This document shows positions 28,316-39,033 of a stretch of DNA of 64,000 bases, in pieces. The translations under genes and the position numbers were made by a program. The stretch lies in the IMG/VR virus record IMGVR_UViG_3300023084_000004; one strand, 5' to 3'. The stretch comes from a virus. Position 1 is the stretch's first letter, and each line of letters opens with the position of its first letter. The notes under the pieces were generated by a model that made no database searches, was not told the DNA's origin, and saw nothing but the letters and a program-made list of their open reading frames with translations.

Positions 28316-29995
28316 TTAAGTCTCTAATGTTAATGCTGTTATATCTACTTGTACGGTTCCTGTCGAACCACTTAAATTTGTTACTGAAACTGGAACAGTT
28401 GATTCACTGTTTCCTACCCAGCCAAATACGCCTGGTGTAACTTTAACAGTGGTTGCACCACCTGTAATAAATTCTGCGATTACACCAGATCCTTCAGCCG
28501 GATCTTGACCTTGTGTTCTACTTGCATCAGCTGTTCTTGATGCAACTTCATCATAGATACGTACCCATGCTGCTTTATCAGTTGTAACTTCATATAAAAC
28601 ATATGATTTACCGATATCTGCAAAAGCAACATTACCTGCTGCACCGTCTGCAATTGAAGCCGTTGTTTCTGTTTCTGTATTACGTGTAGCAGAACTTCCG
28701 CCTCCGCCTCCACCACCTGCGGCAGCTTCAACAACGATTGTTCCTGTCATTCCCGAATGTGATGCACATTGATATTTGTAATTGCCAGAAATTGATGCTG
28801 GTATCTTCCAGAATAATGTTCCTGAATAAGTGCCTTGAGCATTAGCTTCTTCGTATATGTTACCTTCTTGTAAAGCAACTAATCCTGTATTATAATCTGC
28901 TCCACCGCTTGTTTGAATTTTAAGCGGGTGTGTACCACCTGAATCGAAAGACATATCAAATCCAACAGTTGTACCAGCTTTTACGTAAATAGTTGGATTG
29001 TCTGTTGTTCCATATTGGTCAAAACGATATGCGGATGTACCATTTGCTGATACTGTTAATACTGTTGCTGCATTACGGAAACTATTTTCAAATAACGCTT
29101 TATCAGCTGAATCTGCTGGTTGTTGGTCTATATCTGCGAAAGATGGAGTGAATGTTACGTTTCTCCATGTACTATCATTTGGGAAATAACTTAGAATATC
29201 TCCACTTTGTGGATTTGTAATTGTCGTATCAGTAATGTCAGTCATAGCAACTGAGCCACCACTACCACCTGACTGTGCTACCCAAGCGTAATCTGAACCA
29301 TTCCAAGAAAGTACATAGCCTGATGTTGGATTACTTTGATTTAGATGCGCGTCAACGTCAGAATTAGAATACATTGTTGGTAATGTAGCAAATTCTAAAG
29401 CATTACCTGCTGAATTTACTCTTGCGTATTGAAGAGCTGAACCTAATGTTCCTGGTGTATCACTTAAACCTACAAAACTTGAAGATCCACTACCACCACC
29501 GCCTGTTGCAGTAATAGTAATAGAATCATTAGTATCACTAGTTGTAATTTGAATTCCAGTACCCGCAATGAATGTTAGAGTATCATCAGCTGAATCTGCT
29601 TCAATATCATTTTGGCCAGAAACTGATATTGTTGTAAATGCTGAGGTTACCGAAATTCCACTAATGTCAGAATAATTCGCAAGTTGTTGCCATGCTCCGT
29701 TGTGAGCATAATAAAGTTTTCCAGTATCATGTGCGTGTCCTATTGCACCATGATATGTACTCGCATCAACAGCTTCAAGATCTGCTATTGTATCATAATA
29801 GAATGATATTTTATGAGAGGCTCCTGGAAAATCAAGTTCTCCTTGAGCATTAAACATTGAAGTAGCGTTAGTAGCGCTACCTAATGCGAAATATAATTCA
29901 TTAAAGTTATCGTTTGTTTTATCGAATGCATTACGTATTGGATCTCCTGATCCATCGTTTGCTGATGCTCCGATATTAATTATTTGCTTGGCCAT
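28316..29995 (-). CDS. gp9/gp10-N-domain fibre-connector-like protein with cupredoxin-like domain (559 aa)
   Basis: N-terminus KQIINIGASANDGSGDPIRNAFDKTNDNFNELY is the gp9/gp10 N-terminal pattern. Internal THPLKI...YKYQCASHSGMTGTIVV. Confidence 0.75.
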   Translation of the reverse strand: MAKQIINIGASANDGSGDPIRNAFDKTNDNFNELYFALGSATNATSMFNAQGELDFPGASHKISFYYDTIADLEAVDASTYHGAIGHAHDTGKLYYAHNGAWQQLANYSDISGISVTSAFTTISVSGQNDIEADSADDTLTFIAGTGIQITTSDTNDSITITATGGGGSGSSSFVGLSDTPGTLGSALQYARVNSAGNALEFATLPTMYSNSDVDAHLNQSNPTSGYVLSWNGSDYAWVAQSGGSGGSVAMTDITDTTITNPQSGDILSYFPNDSTWRNVTFTPSFADIDQQPADSADKALFENSFRNAATVLTVSANGTSAYRFDQYGTTDNPTIYVKAGTTVGFDMSFDSGGTHPLKIQTSGGADYNTGLVALQEGNIYEEANAQGTYSGTLFWKIPASISGNYKYQCASHSGMTGTIVVEAAAGGGGGGGSSATRNTETETTASIADGAAGNVAFADIGKSYVLYEVTTDKAAWVRIYDEVASRTADASRTQGQDPAEGSGVIAEFITGGATTVKVTPGVFGWVGNSESTVPVSVTNLSGSTGTVQVDITALTLET

Positions 29996-30022
29996 AGCAT
30001 TTCCTCTAAAATTCTAAATTAA

Positions 30023-30030
30023 TATTTATT
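30023..30030 (-). promoter_or_regulatory. Late-promoter variant AATAAATA
   Basis: Intergenic, 28 nt upstream of ORF 28316..29995. Confidence 0.55.
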
Positions 30031-30033
30031 TGA

Positions 30034-30885
30034 TTATGCACCGCGTTGTTCTCTTGTACTTAACCCAAAAATATATGGGAAAGCCGGTGTATTAAAATCA
30101 CCATTTGCAAAAGTTAAAAAATACGCGTAAGTTCCAGTTGGATAATCAGGAGTTGACGCAAGGTATCTTCCATTATATTCGTCAAGATCTCCTAATCCAT
30201 CTACAAACTCATAATCGTTTATAAAACTTCCTGCCGGTTCTTGAGCATATGTAAATCCTCTACCCGTCGCTTCTGTTGCAAGAGTTCTCCAACTACTTAA
30301 CATTTGTCTTACTAAACTTGTATTATCTGCAGGATCCGCATAACTGTATGGTCCATATAAAGGATAGCCATCAAAACACCAACCTAATATTTTACTGTGT
30401 CCGTCAGGATGTCTAAAATTATCTCCTGAATAATTGCTATCATTATAATAAGAATTTGAACCATAAAATTTTGCGTTATTCCAACCGTTGATTAAAAATG
30501 AACCTGAGTGATAATGATACTCACCATTTTCCTCAGGATGTCCACCACATGCATCTACACCATACGCAGATTCATTAAATACTGCATTATATGTAAAACC
30601 TTGAGGTGGTTGAATTTGTGATCCTGGTAAAGGTCCAGGTGCAGCACTTGGATTAAATAATACAACACCATTATTAGCGATACCCATTGCTCCTAATGTT
30701 GTCAAATGAGGATTAGACGTATTTTGTCCACCTCTATATTCAAACTGAAAATCGTGAGTTTGATCTGAAATAGTATTACCACCACCAAACCCACTGCGAG
30801 GAGTTGTACCATCATTAGTTAATACAGTAACTCCTGCTCTTGCTGGATAAGGATCTCCATCTGATTGTATTCTCATTACTGCCAT
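30034..30885 (-). CDS. YHYH-domain protein (283 aa)
   Basis: GIANNGVVLFNP...DACGGHP...GEYHYH...HSKILGWCFDGYPLYGPY...LDEYNGR...YAYF...FPY, the complete YHYH family pattern. Confidence 0.85.
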   Translation of the reverse strand: MAVMRIQSDGDPYPARAGVTVLTNDGTTPRSGFGGGNTISDQTHDFQFEYRGGQNTSNPHLTTLGAMGIANNGVVLFNPSAAPGPLPGSQIQPPQGFTYNAVFNESAYGVDACGGHPEENGEYHYHSGSFLINGWNNAKFYGSNSYYNDSNYSGDNFRHPDGHSKILGWCFDGYPLYGPYSYADPADNTSLVRQMLSSWRTLATEATGRGFTYAQEPAGSFINDYEFVDGLGDLDEYNGRYLASTPDYPTGTYAYFLTFANGDFNTPAFPYIFGLSTREQRGA

Positions 30886-30886
30886 A

Positions 30887-33229
30887 TTAAGTTACCGTAA
30901 TTGTTGTTGTACTTGGATAATTACCAGTTGTATTACTTACACCCATAGTTTCGGGATCAGATCCAGCCACACCAGTCCACCCACCATTGTTAACGTGATC
31001 TGCAGTTACTGTTGTTGAATCAACAGTAAAGTTTGTTACAGATGCTTCTAAATCTACTAAGTTTGCAATATCTAATGGTGAACCTGATCCATCATCATTA
31101 AACATTCTCAAGAATCTTGGTTTAGTATTGAAGTTAACTAATGTTTTGTAAATAAAATCACCAAACATTTTTGAACCAGCTAGGTGAACATTTTGTTTTA
31201 ATAATTTTTCATATTGACTTTTATCAAGAGTTGATTTAATTTGATACGAATACTCTTGATAAAAATCGCTGTCTTGTACTCTTTGACCAGATTGATAATA
31301 TACATCTTCGCCATCGGCAGCTAATGTTTTTTGATAACCATTTAAGTGTGAACTATAATCTGACCAATAGCCTGATGTTCTTCCCTGTGAAGACGCACTA
31401 ATTATTCCAACCGCTTGAATTTCTCCAGTTGAATCAACGATTTGTACATCTGCTCCATCAACATAACCAAAACCAGAATTTTCAATGCCTACTGTTGCAA
31501 TTCTACCTGTTGCAAATTGTGTTTCAGTATTCATTATTGCATTATCACCAAGAGGTCTTGTGTTATAATCAATTTCTTTACCAATTACATCAATTTCATC
31601 GCCATTGGCTCTTATAATTGGATTAGATCCAGAGAAGCCATAATAATCAAATGGAATAACACTTATCCATCCTTGTTCTGTATTTGTTTTTGTTATTTCA
31701 CCTTGTATACCAGTTGTTTTTTCTGTAATAATTTCATTTAAGTTGAAAACACCAGCATCACCTGGATCTGTAAATCTTAATATTTGATTTCTTCTATCAA
31801 AGTTAATAAAGACATCGTCTTTTACTCTTGCAAAAACGTCATTTGTATACTCATCACCAGGATTTACATTAATGAATCCTGTAATTTTACCAATTGTTAA
31901 ATCTTGAATATCAAATGCATCTTCTAATGCTGTTGATAAATTAACTGGTGAAGCAGTACCTGACATAGGAGCAGTAGCTTCATAATCAGGAGCATTAATT
32001 AATGTTGGTAAAAATGGTGCTAAAGGATCTGTAATTACAGATGCAACAGAAGTATTTGTTAAACCTTCTACGATAACATCATTAGGATTTGATGTATCAG
32101 GAAAAAGTGCGCCGGGTGAACTTGAATTTAAATCACCGTATACATCAAAAGTTAAAGAGACATTTGGATTTCTGTCGAGCGTTTGAATTGCTCTATCAGC
32201 TCTAAAATTTGTTCCTGTTGTTACATAAACACCAATTGCGCTAGTACTTTGACCAACTACATATCCTTCTGTTCCTGCTGTGTCTTGTATTCTTTCATAC
32301 GGAGTAAATTCTAAATCTTCATTATCTAAAACAAGAGTTTGATTACTTACAATAAGTCTTGTCGTATTAACACTATACCCATATCCACCGTTTTCTAATT
32401 CATATTCAATTTGTCCTGTAAGTTTATCTTGCAATCCAGTAACAATAACTTCACCGCCAGCTCCATATTCTGAATTAAGAGAATACTTATCACCAATTTT
32501 ATTTCCTGTTGTCCCTCTTATTTCATTATCTAAATCAATTGTAATCCCATTAAGCGAACCATTTATTCTACCAAATGAAACAACTTCACCATTAATGTTT
32601 GTAAAAATATCGTCGTATTTTTCAAATTGTCCTTGAACTTCATCGATATAAATGATAGGTGTTTTAATACCATTTAAAATAATAAAGTTAATTTTAGAAA
32701 CTGCAGCTTTTGCTTCTGAAGCTGAACCTGTAATATTACGTGATATTAAATCTGCGTATGTATATTCAACATCGGTTTTTGATAAAAAGTAATTATCATT
32801 AGGAAACATTTGTAAGTAAATACCTTGTTTCCAAACACTGTTAGAAACTTTAAGCATCCTTTTAGCAGGATAGATAATATCAGTATCATATTCTCTATAA
32901 AAAATAGAGAAAAATAATTCTATACCTGCGGGAGTTCCTTTGCGTCTATAAAGATCTAAAATATTTTTAACGAGAATATTTACTACATTAGTTTGTAATT
33001 TAAGGTCTGCAAGATATTTCTTTTGAAAGAATATAAGCATTGACTTAAGAGTTGTATCAACATCTTTATATTCGAACATTCTTCTCGAATTATAATGAGA
33101 TTGTTTTGAATCACTCTCAAGCCATTTATAATAATCTCTAGCAAGTTGTACAAGCTCAGGACCATCTTCCCTATAGATATTAGGAAATTGCTGATTGATA
33201 AAAAATGCTATATCCTTTTGTACATCCAT
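30887..33229 (-). CDS. gp7: Baseplate wedge initiator, gp7-like (780 aa)
   Basis: FINQQFPNIYREDGPELVQLARDYYKWLE...LYRRKGT and C-terminal VQDSDFYQEYSYQIKS...VHLAG; positioned after gp6. Confidence 0.7.
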   Translation of the reverse strand: MDVQKDIAFFINQQFPNIYREDGPELVQLARDYYKWLESDSKQSHYNSRRMFEYKDVDTTLKSMLIFFQKKYLADLKLQTNVVNILVKNILDLYRRKGTPAGIELFFSIFYREYDTDIIYPAKRMLKVSNSVWKQGIYLQMFPNDNYFLSKTDVEYTYADLISRNITGSASEAKAAVSKINFIILNGIKTPIIYIDEVQGQFEKYDDIFTNINGEVVSFGRINGSLNGITIDLDNEIRGTTGNKIGDKYSLNSEYGAGGEVIVTGLQDKLTGQIEYELENGGYGYSVNTTRLIVSNQTLVLDNEDLEFTPYERIQDTAGTEGYVVGQSTSAIGVYVTTGTNFRADRAIQTLDRNPNVSLTFDVYGDLNSSSPGALFPDTSNPNDVIVEGLTNTSVASVITDPLAPFLPTLINAPDYEATAPMSGTASPVNLSTALEDAFDIQDLTIGKITGFINVNPGDEYTNDVFARVKDDVFINFDRRNQILRFTDPGDAGVFNLNEIITEKTTGIQGEITKTNTEQGWISVIPFDYYGFSGSNPIIRANGDEIDVIGKEIDYNTRPLGDNAIMNTETQFATGRIATVGIENSGFGYVDGADVQIVDSTGEIQAVGIISASSQGRTSGYWSDYSSHLNGYQKTLAADGEDVYYQSGQRVQDSDFYQEYSYQIKSTLDKSQYEKLLKQNVHLAGSKMFGDFIYKTLVNFNTKPRFLRMFNDDGSGSPLDIANLVDLEASVTNFTVDSTTVTADHVNNGGWTGVAGSDPETMGVSNTTGNYPSTTTITVT

Positions 33230-33251
33230 TAGTACATTCTCTTTTTAAAAA

Positions 33252-35126
33252 TTAATAACTTCCACCACTAGAGACTGAGCTTAATGAGCCTATAGTAGAA
33301 CTTGAAGTAATATTGCTTGGTGATGTTTCTTCTTCTAACGTCATATTTACAACAACATCGTTATCTCTTATTATAAACACTCGTCCTTGTGGTGCTTTAA
33401 TATCAGCATTACGAGGTCTTACCATAATTTTAATTCCAGAACCGTTATAAGATTCTACAACGAAGTTTGTAAGTTTAATTAAACCTGTATTATAATCAAC
33501 TACTCCGGCTTTCGGATTTACAATCTGTGGATTAGTTGCGTCATCTGTGACAGTCATCATATTTCCTACACCATCATCAGACAAATAAACGCAAACTCCT
33601 GCGATATCAAATGGACTTGATTTAACTGCTGGTTTAAAATCTGAAAAACCATTTGCTGCTCTATATGGGTATGGCTTTATTAATGGTGTTTCAAATTTAA
33701 ATGATGGAGCTGCTTCTACATTAACAACAGGTGAATATTCTATAATAGGTTGAATAACAATATCATTACTTTGAATACCAGAATCCACATCATCGATTAT
33801 ACCTGAAAGTTTAGATTCTCTTAATGTTCTATTAAAGTTTTCAAGCTTATCGTCGGAATATGTTTGTATTGCGTTTCTAATAAGTTGTTCAAGCTCACCA
33901 GGACTTTTATCTGTTAATTTATTACTATATGTTGCATTTACAGTAATATCAGCATAATAGAATTTAGTTTGAACAAAGAATGGTTCAATACCTAATGGGC
34001 TTTTATCTGAAAGATATTTAATATAAGCATTCGCAAGCGTAGAAGATATAAGTGTTGTATTATCTGATATGTAAACTGATATCGCAACTTTACCGTATTG
34101 AGGCGGATCAAGTTCTTCACCACCGTAAGCAGATACCGCAGTAATTTCTGGGAATGCTTGTTGTAATAAAACTTCATAATCACTATTAGTTACTGCACGT
34201 TCTTGAATTTGTAAAGCTTTAGGAGCAAAGTATCTAATTGATTCCATACTTTCTCTTTCTTCACCACCCTGTGCCGCTTCAATTGTTTCAATACTAATTG
34301 TAGCTCCATCAATAAAAGATGCTGAGAAACTATTTGCACCATTGGCTTCAGCACCTGAACAAATACGATATCTTACACGAACATCTTCGTATTCTTCTGG
34401 CTGCAAACCAAATTCATTTTTACCAAAATAAATTGAGTATCTATCATCAAGATAAGGTTCTAAATAGAATACTGGGTCTGTCGCTTTAACACCATAAATG
34501 GTTGTTGCTCTTGTAAATACGTTTTGGTCTTCAGTTGCTTCTGCGTCGACGAATACAACAAGTGAATCCGTATCAACTTCATTATTTGTAAGTTGAACTC
34601 TTAATACGCCATCTTCATCAACAATAAATCCTTCTCTTTGGAATGATGAAAGCATTTGTCCTTCTAAAATTTCTACGTCTTCTGCAATATAAACACCAGG
34701 TGCTGTACGTCTTGCAACGTATGATTTATCTGTTACAAAATTAAATAAATCACCTTGGAAGTTTGAAGTAAAATTTGAATATGTAGGAATGGTAAGTGTT
34801 GATGCAGTTTCATATTCATCTGTAATTGTTACACGAACTTTTGCTCTTGCGCTTTTGCGTGATCTTGGAATATAGTTTAATTCTTTTGCATGAGAAACGA
34901 TTGAGTTCTTTAAGACGGCCGAGTCAAGAAACATTTCGTTAAGAGCCATGTTAGTATAAAAGTTATTTTGGAAAGTATTAAATGCTAGAACATCGAGAAA
35001 TGCACTGAGGTTAGAACCTTCAAAATTATAATCTTTAAATTGAGTTTGTGTACTGAGATAAGTTCTCAGTTGTGTTTTAATTGAATCGAAATCCAATTCT
35101 GTTATAGGTGTTTTTACGCTGGCCAT
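33252..35126 (-). CDS. gp6: Baseplate wedge subunit gp6
   Basis: ELDFDSIKTQL...FKDYNFEGSNLSAFLDVLAFNT; QERAVTNSDY. Confidence 0.92.
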   Translation of the reverse strand: MASVKTPITELDFDSIKTQLRTYLSTQTQFKDYNFEGSNLSAFLDVLAFNTFQNNFYTNMALNEMFLDSAVLKNSIVSHAKELNYIPRSRKSARAKVRVTITDEYETASTLTIPTYSNFTSNFQGDLFNFVTDKSYVARRTAPGVYIAEDVEILEGQMLSSFQREGFIVDEDGVLRVQLTNNEVDTDSLVVFVDAEATEDQNVFTRATTIYGVKATDPVFYLEPYLDDRYSIYFGKNEFGLQPEEYEDVRVRYRICSGAEANGANSFSASFIDGATISIETIEAAQGGEERESMESIRYFAPKALQIQERAVTNSDYEVLLQQAFPEITAVSAYGGEELDPPQYGKVAISVYISDNTTLISSTLANAYIKYLSDKSPLGIEPFFVQTKFYYADITVNATYSNKLTDKSPGELEQLIRNAIQTYSDDKLENFNRTLRESKLSGIIDDVDSGIQSNDIVIQPIIEYSPVVNVEAAPSFKFETPLIKPYPYRAANGFSDFKPAVKSSPFDIAGVCVYLSDDGVGNMMTVTDDATNPQIVNPKAGVVDYNTGLIKLTNFVVESYNGSGIKIMVRPRNADIKAPQGRVFIIRDNDVVVNMTLEEETSPSNITSSSTIGSLSSVSSGGSY

Positions 35127-35127
35127 C

Positions 35128-35544
35128 TTACCTTATCCTTGTTAAAATTAAATCCAAAGTGACTGGAATATCTGAATTTCTTACATAAAATCTTATTACT
35201 ACATCTACTCTATTATCGTCAATACTTGAACTTACAGTTACATCAATTAACTGAGCTCGAGGCTCATAAGTTTTAATTGTAGTTTCTACTCTGCTTTTAA
35301 TAAGATTTAGTGTTCCTGGTGTAATATTTTCAAATAGTAAACCTCTTATGCCTCCACCAATATATGGTTGCATCAATCTTTCACCAGGATCTGTGAGTAC
35401 TAAATTTTTTATAGATTCTTTAACGGCGTCTTCATCTTTAATAAGCGCTAAGTCTTTAGAGATAGGACTAATAGTCAGATCTTTCTTAAAATCTGAATAT
35501 AAGTTCTGCTTTTTAGTAGCAGGTGTTTTAATATCTATTGTCAT
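35128..35544 (-). CDS. gp25: Baseplate wedge subunit gp25
   Basis: AVKESIKNLVLTDPGERLMQPYIG...YEPRA (GPW/gp25 family). Confidence 0.92.
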   Translation of the reverse strand: MTIDIKTPATKKQNLYSDFKKDLTISPISKDLALIKDEDAVKESIKNLVLTDPGERLMQPYIGGGIRGLLFENITPGTLNLIKSRVETTIKTYEPRAQLIDVTVSSSIDDNRVDVVIRFYVRNSDIPVTLDLILTRIR

Positions 35545-37103
35545 ACTACTGGCAACTCTCTTAAGTCTAAATGAATATGCTCGTCATATTCTACAACTGT
35601 TTTAAAACCATGTTTATAAGCAGCTTCAGTGAATGCATTAACATCATCCATGTCCTTTTTAATATCTATAACCAAACCGCTCAAGTGACTGTTATCTGGA
35701 TCATTTTCTTGTGCTTCATTCCATTCTTTACTTACCCAGCCATCAATAATTTCGTATGTTCCACCTATATCATCTCTTATTCTTGTCAGATATACTTTTA
35801 CATCTAAATCAATTTTAAGATAGGCATTGATTCCGACATTATCATTATGAAATGGATCATCTTCCCCACGTGCTACTTTTAACCATTCGTGTGTTCCTTC
35901 ATATACTTGACCACATTTTGGAATGTTTTTATATTCAGCAGCAGTTATAGGTTTAATAGTAACAGGTTGTTCTCCTGTAGGAGTAATTCTTCTTCTACCT
36001 TCATCTTCCCAAAGCGCTCTTAAACTATTTATGGATTCTTGTCGTTTTTCTTCTGAAAACCTTATGCCTCCATTTCTTATAGCTGTTGATGAATTAACAT
36101 TTGAAATTGCTTTTAATCTATTAACAATGCGCGAATATCTAAATCCATAATCGTCCATTGGTTTTTTAATATCTCTAAGTAATAATTCTATATTTGCAGC
36201 TAATGCGCAGAATCTAAACACCATGAATTGGATTTGTTCTAAATTTGGATTTTCAAAAAGACTTACCGCATAGTCAATTAGATTAGATAACTTTCTTTTA
36301 AGTTGGTCTTTATTTTCTTTTGTAAAGTTTTGACACTGAAGTTCTTTAATTGTCATTATTGCTTTAACGCCTTTAGCTTGGCCTGCTTTGATTTCACCTA
36401 CTATTGCTTCAATATCAAAATTAGAAAGAGCATCTTCAACTTCTTGTATAATTTTATCGACAACTTCTAGAATTTTATCTTTAATTTCTTTAATGATTTT
36501 GTCTATAATCTGTTGTGCTGTGAGCTCTGTTAGTCCGTCATATGAACGAATTTTATCAATAAATGCCATCGCATCAGCAATAATTGCATTGACTTCATCA
36601 AGTAAATCATAGAAAGATTCTATTTGTTGAAAGATATTTTGCATGGATTGACAAAAGCCACCCATGATACTTTGCGCAAATGAATCTTTATAATATGCAT
36701 CGAGTGTTCGAGCAAGTTTTACATAATCTCTTTCATTGACTATTCCATCAGGCGTATAATTTTTAACATTTAAAAAATCAGCACCTTCTAAATTTGTAAT
36801 ATTACCAGAGTTCCATCTTTTTTCTAAATCAGGAAAATCTCCTAAAGCACCTTGCATACGATTACGAAATGATCCATTTAAATAATTAACTGAATCATAG
36901 AAAGCATTACCAAATTTATTTTCTGCAATTTGAATCGGATTATTTTCCGCTTCTTTAAGCATATTATCAGCAAGTTCTTGTGCAAATACATCAATTTGGT
37001 TTAAAGTATATGCACCTTCGGAATTTACCGTAGGCCCAGTATTAGATAATAATAATCTATTTCTTACTGTTTGATCTGTATTGTCTACACAAGTCCCTGC
37101 CAT
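35541..37103 (-). CDS. Baseplate-associated protein with C-terminal peptidase M15-like (Zn D,D/L,D-peptidase) domain (520 aa)
   Basis: C-terminal NSHLSGLVIDI and EHIHLDLR match the M15 HxxxxxxD / HxH zinc ligands; long helical N-terminal region. Confidence 0.65.
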   Translation of the reverse strand: MAGTCVDNTDQTVRNRLLLSNTGPTVNSEGAYTLNQIDVFAQELADNMLKEAENNPIQIAENKFGNAFYDSVNYLNGSFRNRMQGALGDFPDLEKRWNSGNITNLEGADFLNVKNYTPDGIVNERDYVKLARTLDAYYKDSFAQSIMGGFCQSMQNIFQQIESFYDLLDEVNAIIADAMAFIDKIRSYDGLTELTAQQIIDKIIKEIKDKILEVVDKIIQEVEDALSNFDIEAIVGEIKAGQAKGVKAIMTIKELQCQNFTKENKDQLKRKLSNLIDYAVSLFENPNLEQIQFMVFRFCALAANIELLLRDIKKPMDDYGFRYSRIVNRLKAISNVNSSTAIRNGGIRFSEEKRQESINSLRALWEDEGRRRITPTGEQPVTIKPITAAEYKNIPKCGQVYEGTHEWLKVARGEDDPFHNDNVGINAYLKIDLDVKVYLTRIRDDIGGTYEIIDGWVSKEWNEAQENDPDNSHLSGLVIDIKKDMDDVNAFTEAAYKHGFKTVVEYDEHIHLDLRELPVV

Positions 37104-37104
37104 G

Positions 37105-39033
37105 TTATCCCTCTATGATATTTCCGTTTGCATCGACAGTTTGTGAAGTACCACTATCAACCGTTATTGTATCGGTATTTCCAGTTTGTACTGAACCATC
37201 TGAATTAAAGCTAAGTAAATTATCTAATCCTTCTATTATGTCATTTCCAATACTTGCTATTGACTCAAAAGGATTTGTTAAATTAGATAATATTGAACTT
37301 TTTTGTCCATCTGATTTTGCAGTATCGCCAGGAGGAGACGACCAACCTGAATTATATCCCATTGCAAAATAACCTTTTGGTTGTATTGTTGTAGCTGCAC
37401 TAACAGGTTCTGGTATTTGAACTCTTGCAATACCATATCCACCTTGTGTTAATGGGTTTGGAATTCCTATTACAGAGAAAGGACTTGTTAATACACCAGC
37501 AAAGAAATCAACTATATTTCCATTAGGTGATGGATATGCATATCCTGAGAATATATTAACTGGTAATGGCGGAACAGCTAATAAACTCTGTGTAGGTGGT
37601 GTTAATAAAGGTATTGTTGGTAATGCAATAGAAGGTGCAGATATACCAACCAGTCTTCCAGGTCCAGGTGCGCAAGGACTTCCTGGTGCTGAACTAATGG
37701 GTAGAGGTGCAGCCAATATCGATGTGTTTACTGTTCCAAAGTTTCCAACTAATGTTGTTGACGCACTAATATTTGCAGTTTCGATATTACCAGTTGTTGC
37801 TGTAAGAATACCGGCATTAACAACTCCTGCATTCCATAATCCTGAGAAACTTCCATTGGCTGATAATATACTTACAAATGGTGTTGTTAAACTAAAACCA
37901 GGCGTTCCTGTAATTGATCCAGATAAAGGTGAAGGTGGTATTAGACCTGTTGCTGTTAATACCATATTCGATGCCTGAGCATGAATATCTCTTAATGTTG
38001 TAAATTTAATACTCTTATTTGAATATACATCATAATTCATTAATGCTGTATTTTTAATATTTGCAGATACAAAATTTAATTGTTTATCTGCTTCAAATTG
38101 AATTTCATCTTTTGCATAAAGCGTCATTACATCTGCGTTTGCTTCGAGTTTTAATGTTGCACCTCTTGCTTGTAAACTTTGTCCAGAAGTCATAAACAAG
38201 TTCTGACCAACATTAAATTCAGAGTTACCATGCACTAAGAGTTTATAATCTCCCATAACCTCTTCGGTTTTATTACCTTTTACATATACATGCGCATTAC
38301 CATTAATAGTAACTACTTGATGTCCTGAAGATTCATGTTTTGTTCCAATATTAATTTCGTATCTATCTGCTTCTGCTCTTTCTGTAACTGTGCCGCGAGA
38401 ATCAATTTGAATAAATGCACCTGAATCATGATGAATCATAATGCGCTCACCACCAGGTGTATCATCTAATTCGATATGATGTCTTGCTGTTTCAATAACT
38501 CTATTATATGGATATTTTGCATTATATGCTGAAGAAGGCTGAGACCATGTTTGATCACTACCAGCTATGTTTTGATTTTGAACGGCATTAATACTTACAT
38601 CTCTATGATATGTTTCATCGATATGTTCTGCTCTTCCAGATTTTGATCTTTGGTGCTCACCAAAATCTTCTGGTGTAAAACCTTTTGCAAGAATATCGCC
38701 ATTTTCTAAAGGAATAACTCCATAACCATCTCGTTCTGGATCCATCTCATCATAATATTGTGTTGGAATCATTCCTAAAATAAGAGGATGCTGAGCTTCA
38801 TCACCATCTAAAAACATACCAAACACAAAAGCATTTAAAGGAGGTAAAGGATCATCAGCAGTATAAGCACCACTAACACAAATTGCCCAAGGCAAATCTG
38901 TTGTGGCTACTTCTTGGTGTGTTCCATGTGCACCAAAAGCACGTACTCGCACACGACCTTGGAATGACGGATCATTATTATCTTCAACTACTCCAATGAA
39001 AAACATTGGATTTCGTATTCCCATTCCTCTCAT
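37105..39033 (-). CDS. gp5: Baseplate hub/spike gp5 (OB-fold plus beta-helix), no lysozyme domain recognised
   Basis: FFIGVVEDNNDPSFQGRVRVRAFGAH...LPWA...VFGMFLDGDEAQHP (Gp5 OB); AKYPYNRVIET...HHIELDDTPGGERI. Confidence 0.85.
   Translation of the reverse strand: MRGMGIRNPMFFIGVVEDNNDPSFQGRVRVRAFGAHGTHQEVATTDLPWAICVSGAYTADDPLPPLNAFVFGMFLDGDEAQHPLILGMIPTQYYDEMDPERDGYGVIPLENGDILAKGFTPEDFGEHQRSKSGRAEHIDETYHRDVSINAVQNQNIAGSDQTWSQPSSAYNAKYPYNRVIETARHHIELDDTPGGERIMIHHDSGAFIQIDSRGTVTERAEADRYEINIGTKHESSGHQVVTINGNAHVYVKGNKTEEVMGDYKLLVHGNSEFNVGQNLFMTSGQSLQARGATLKLEANADVMTLYAKDEIQFEADKQLNFVSANIKNTALMNYDVYSNKSIKFTTLRDIHAQASNMVLTATGLIPPSPLSGSITGTPGFSLTTPFVSILSANGSFSGLWNAGVVNAGILTATTGNIETANISASTTLVGNFGTVNTSILAAPLPISSAPGSPCAPGPGRLVGISAPSIALPTIPLLTPPTQSLLAVPPLPVNIFSGYAYPSPNGNIVDFFAGVLTSPFSVIGIPNPLTQGGYGIARVQIPEPVSAATTIQPKGYFAMGYNSGWSSPPGDTAKSDGQKSSILSNLTNPFESIASIGNDIIEGLDNLLSFNSDGSVQTGNTDTITVDSGTSQTVDANGNIIEG

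Noticed and set aside
30880-30900. Possible gp7-YHYH readthrough fusion (gp7 ends TTITVT, resembling YHYH-protein lead-ins)
   Set aside because: The TAA is followed by one base and then ATG in a different frame, with no slippery site seen; treated as two genes.
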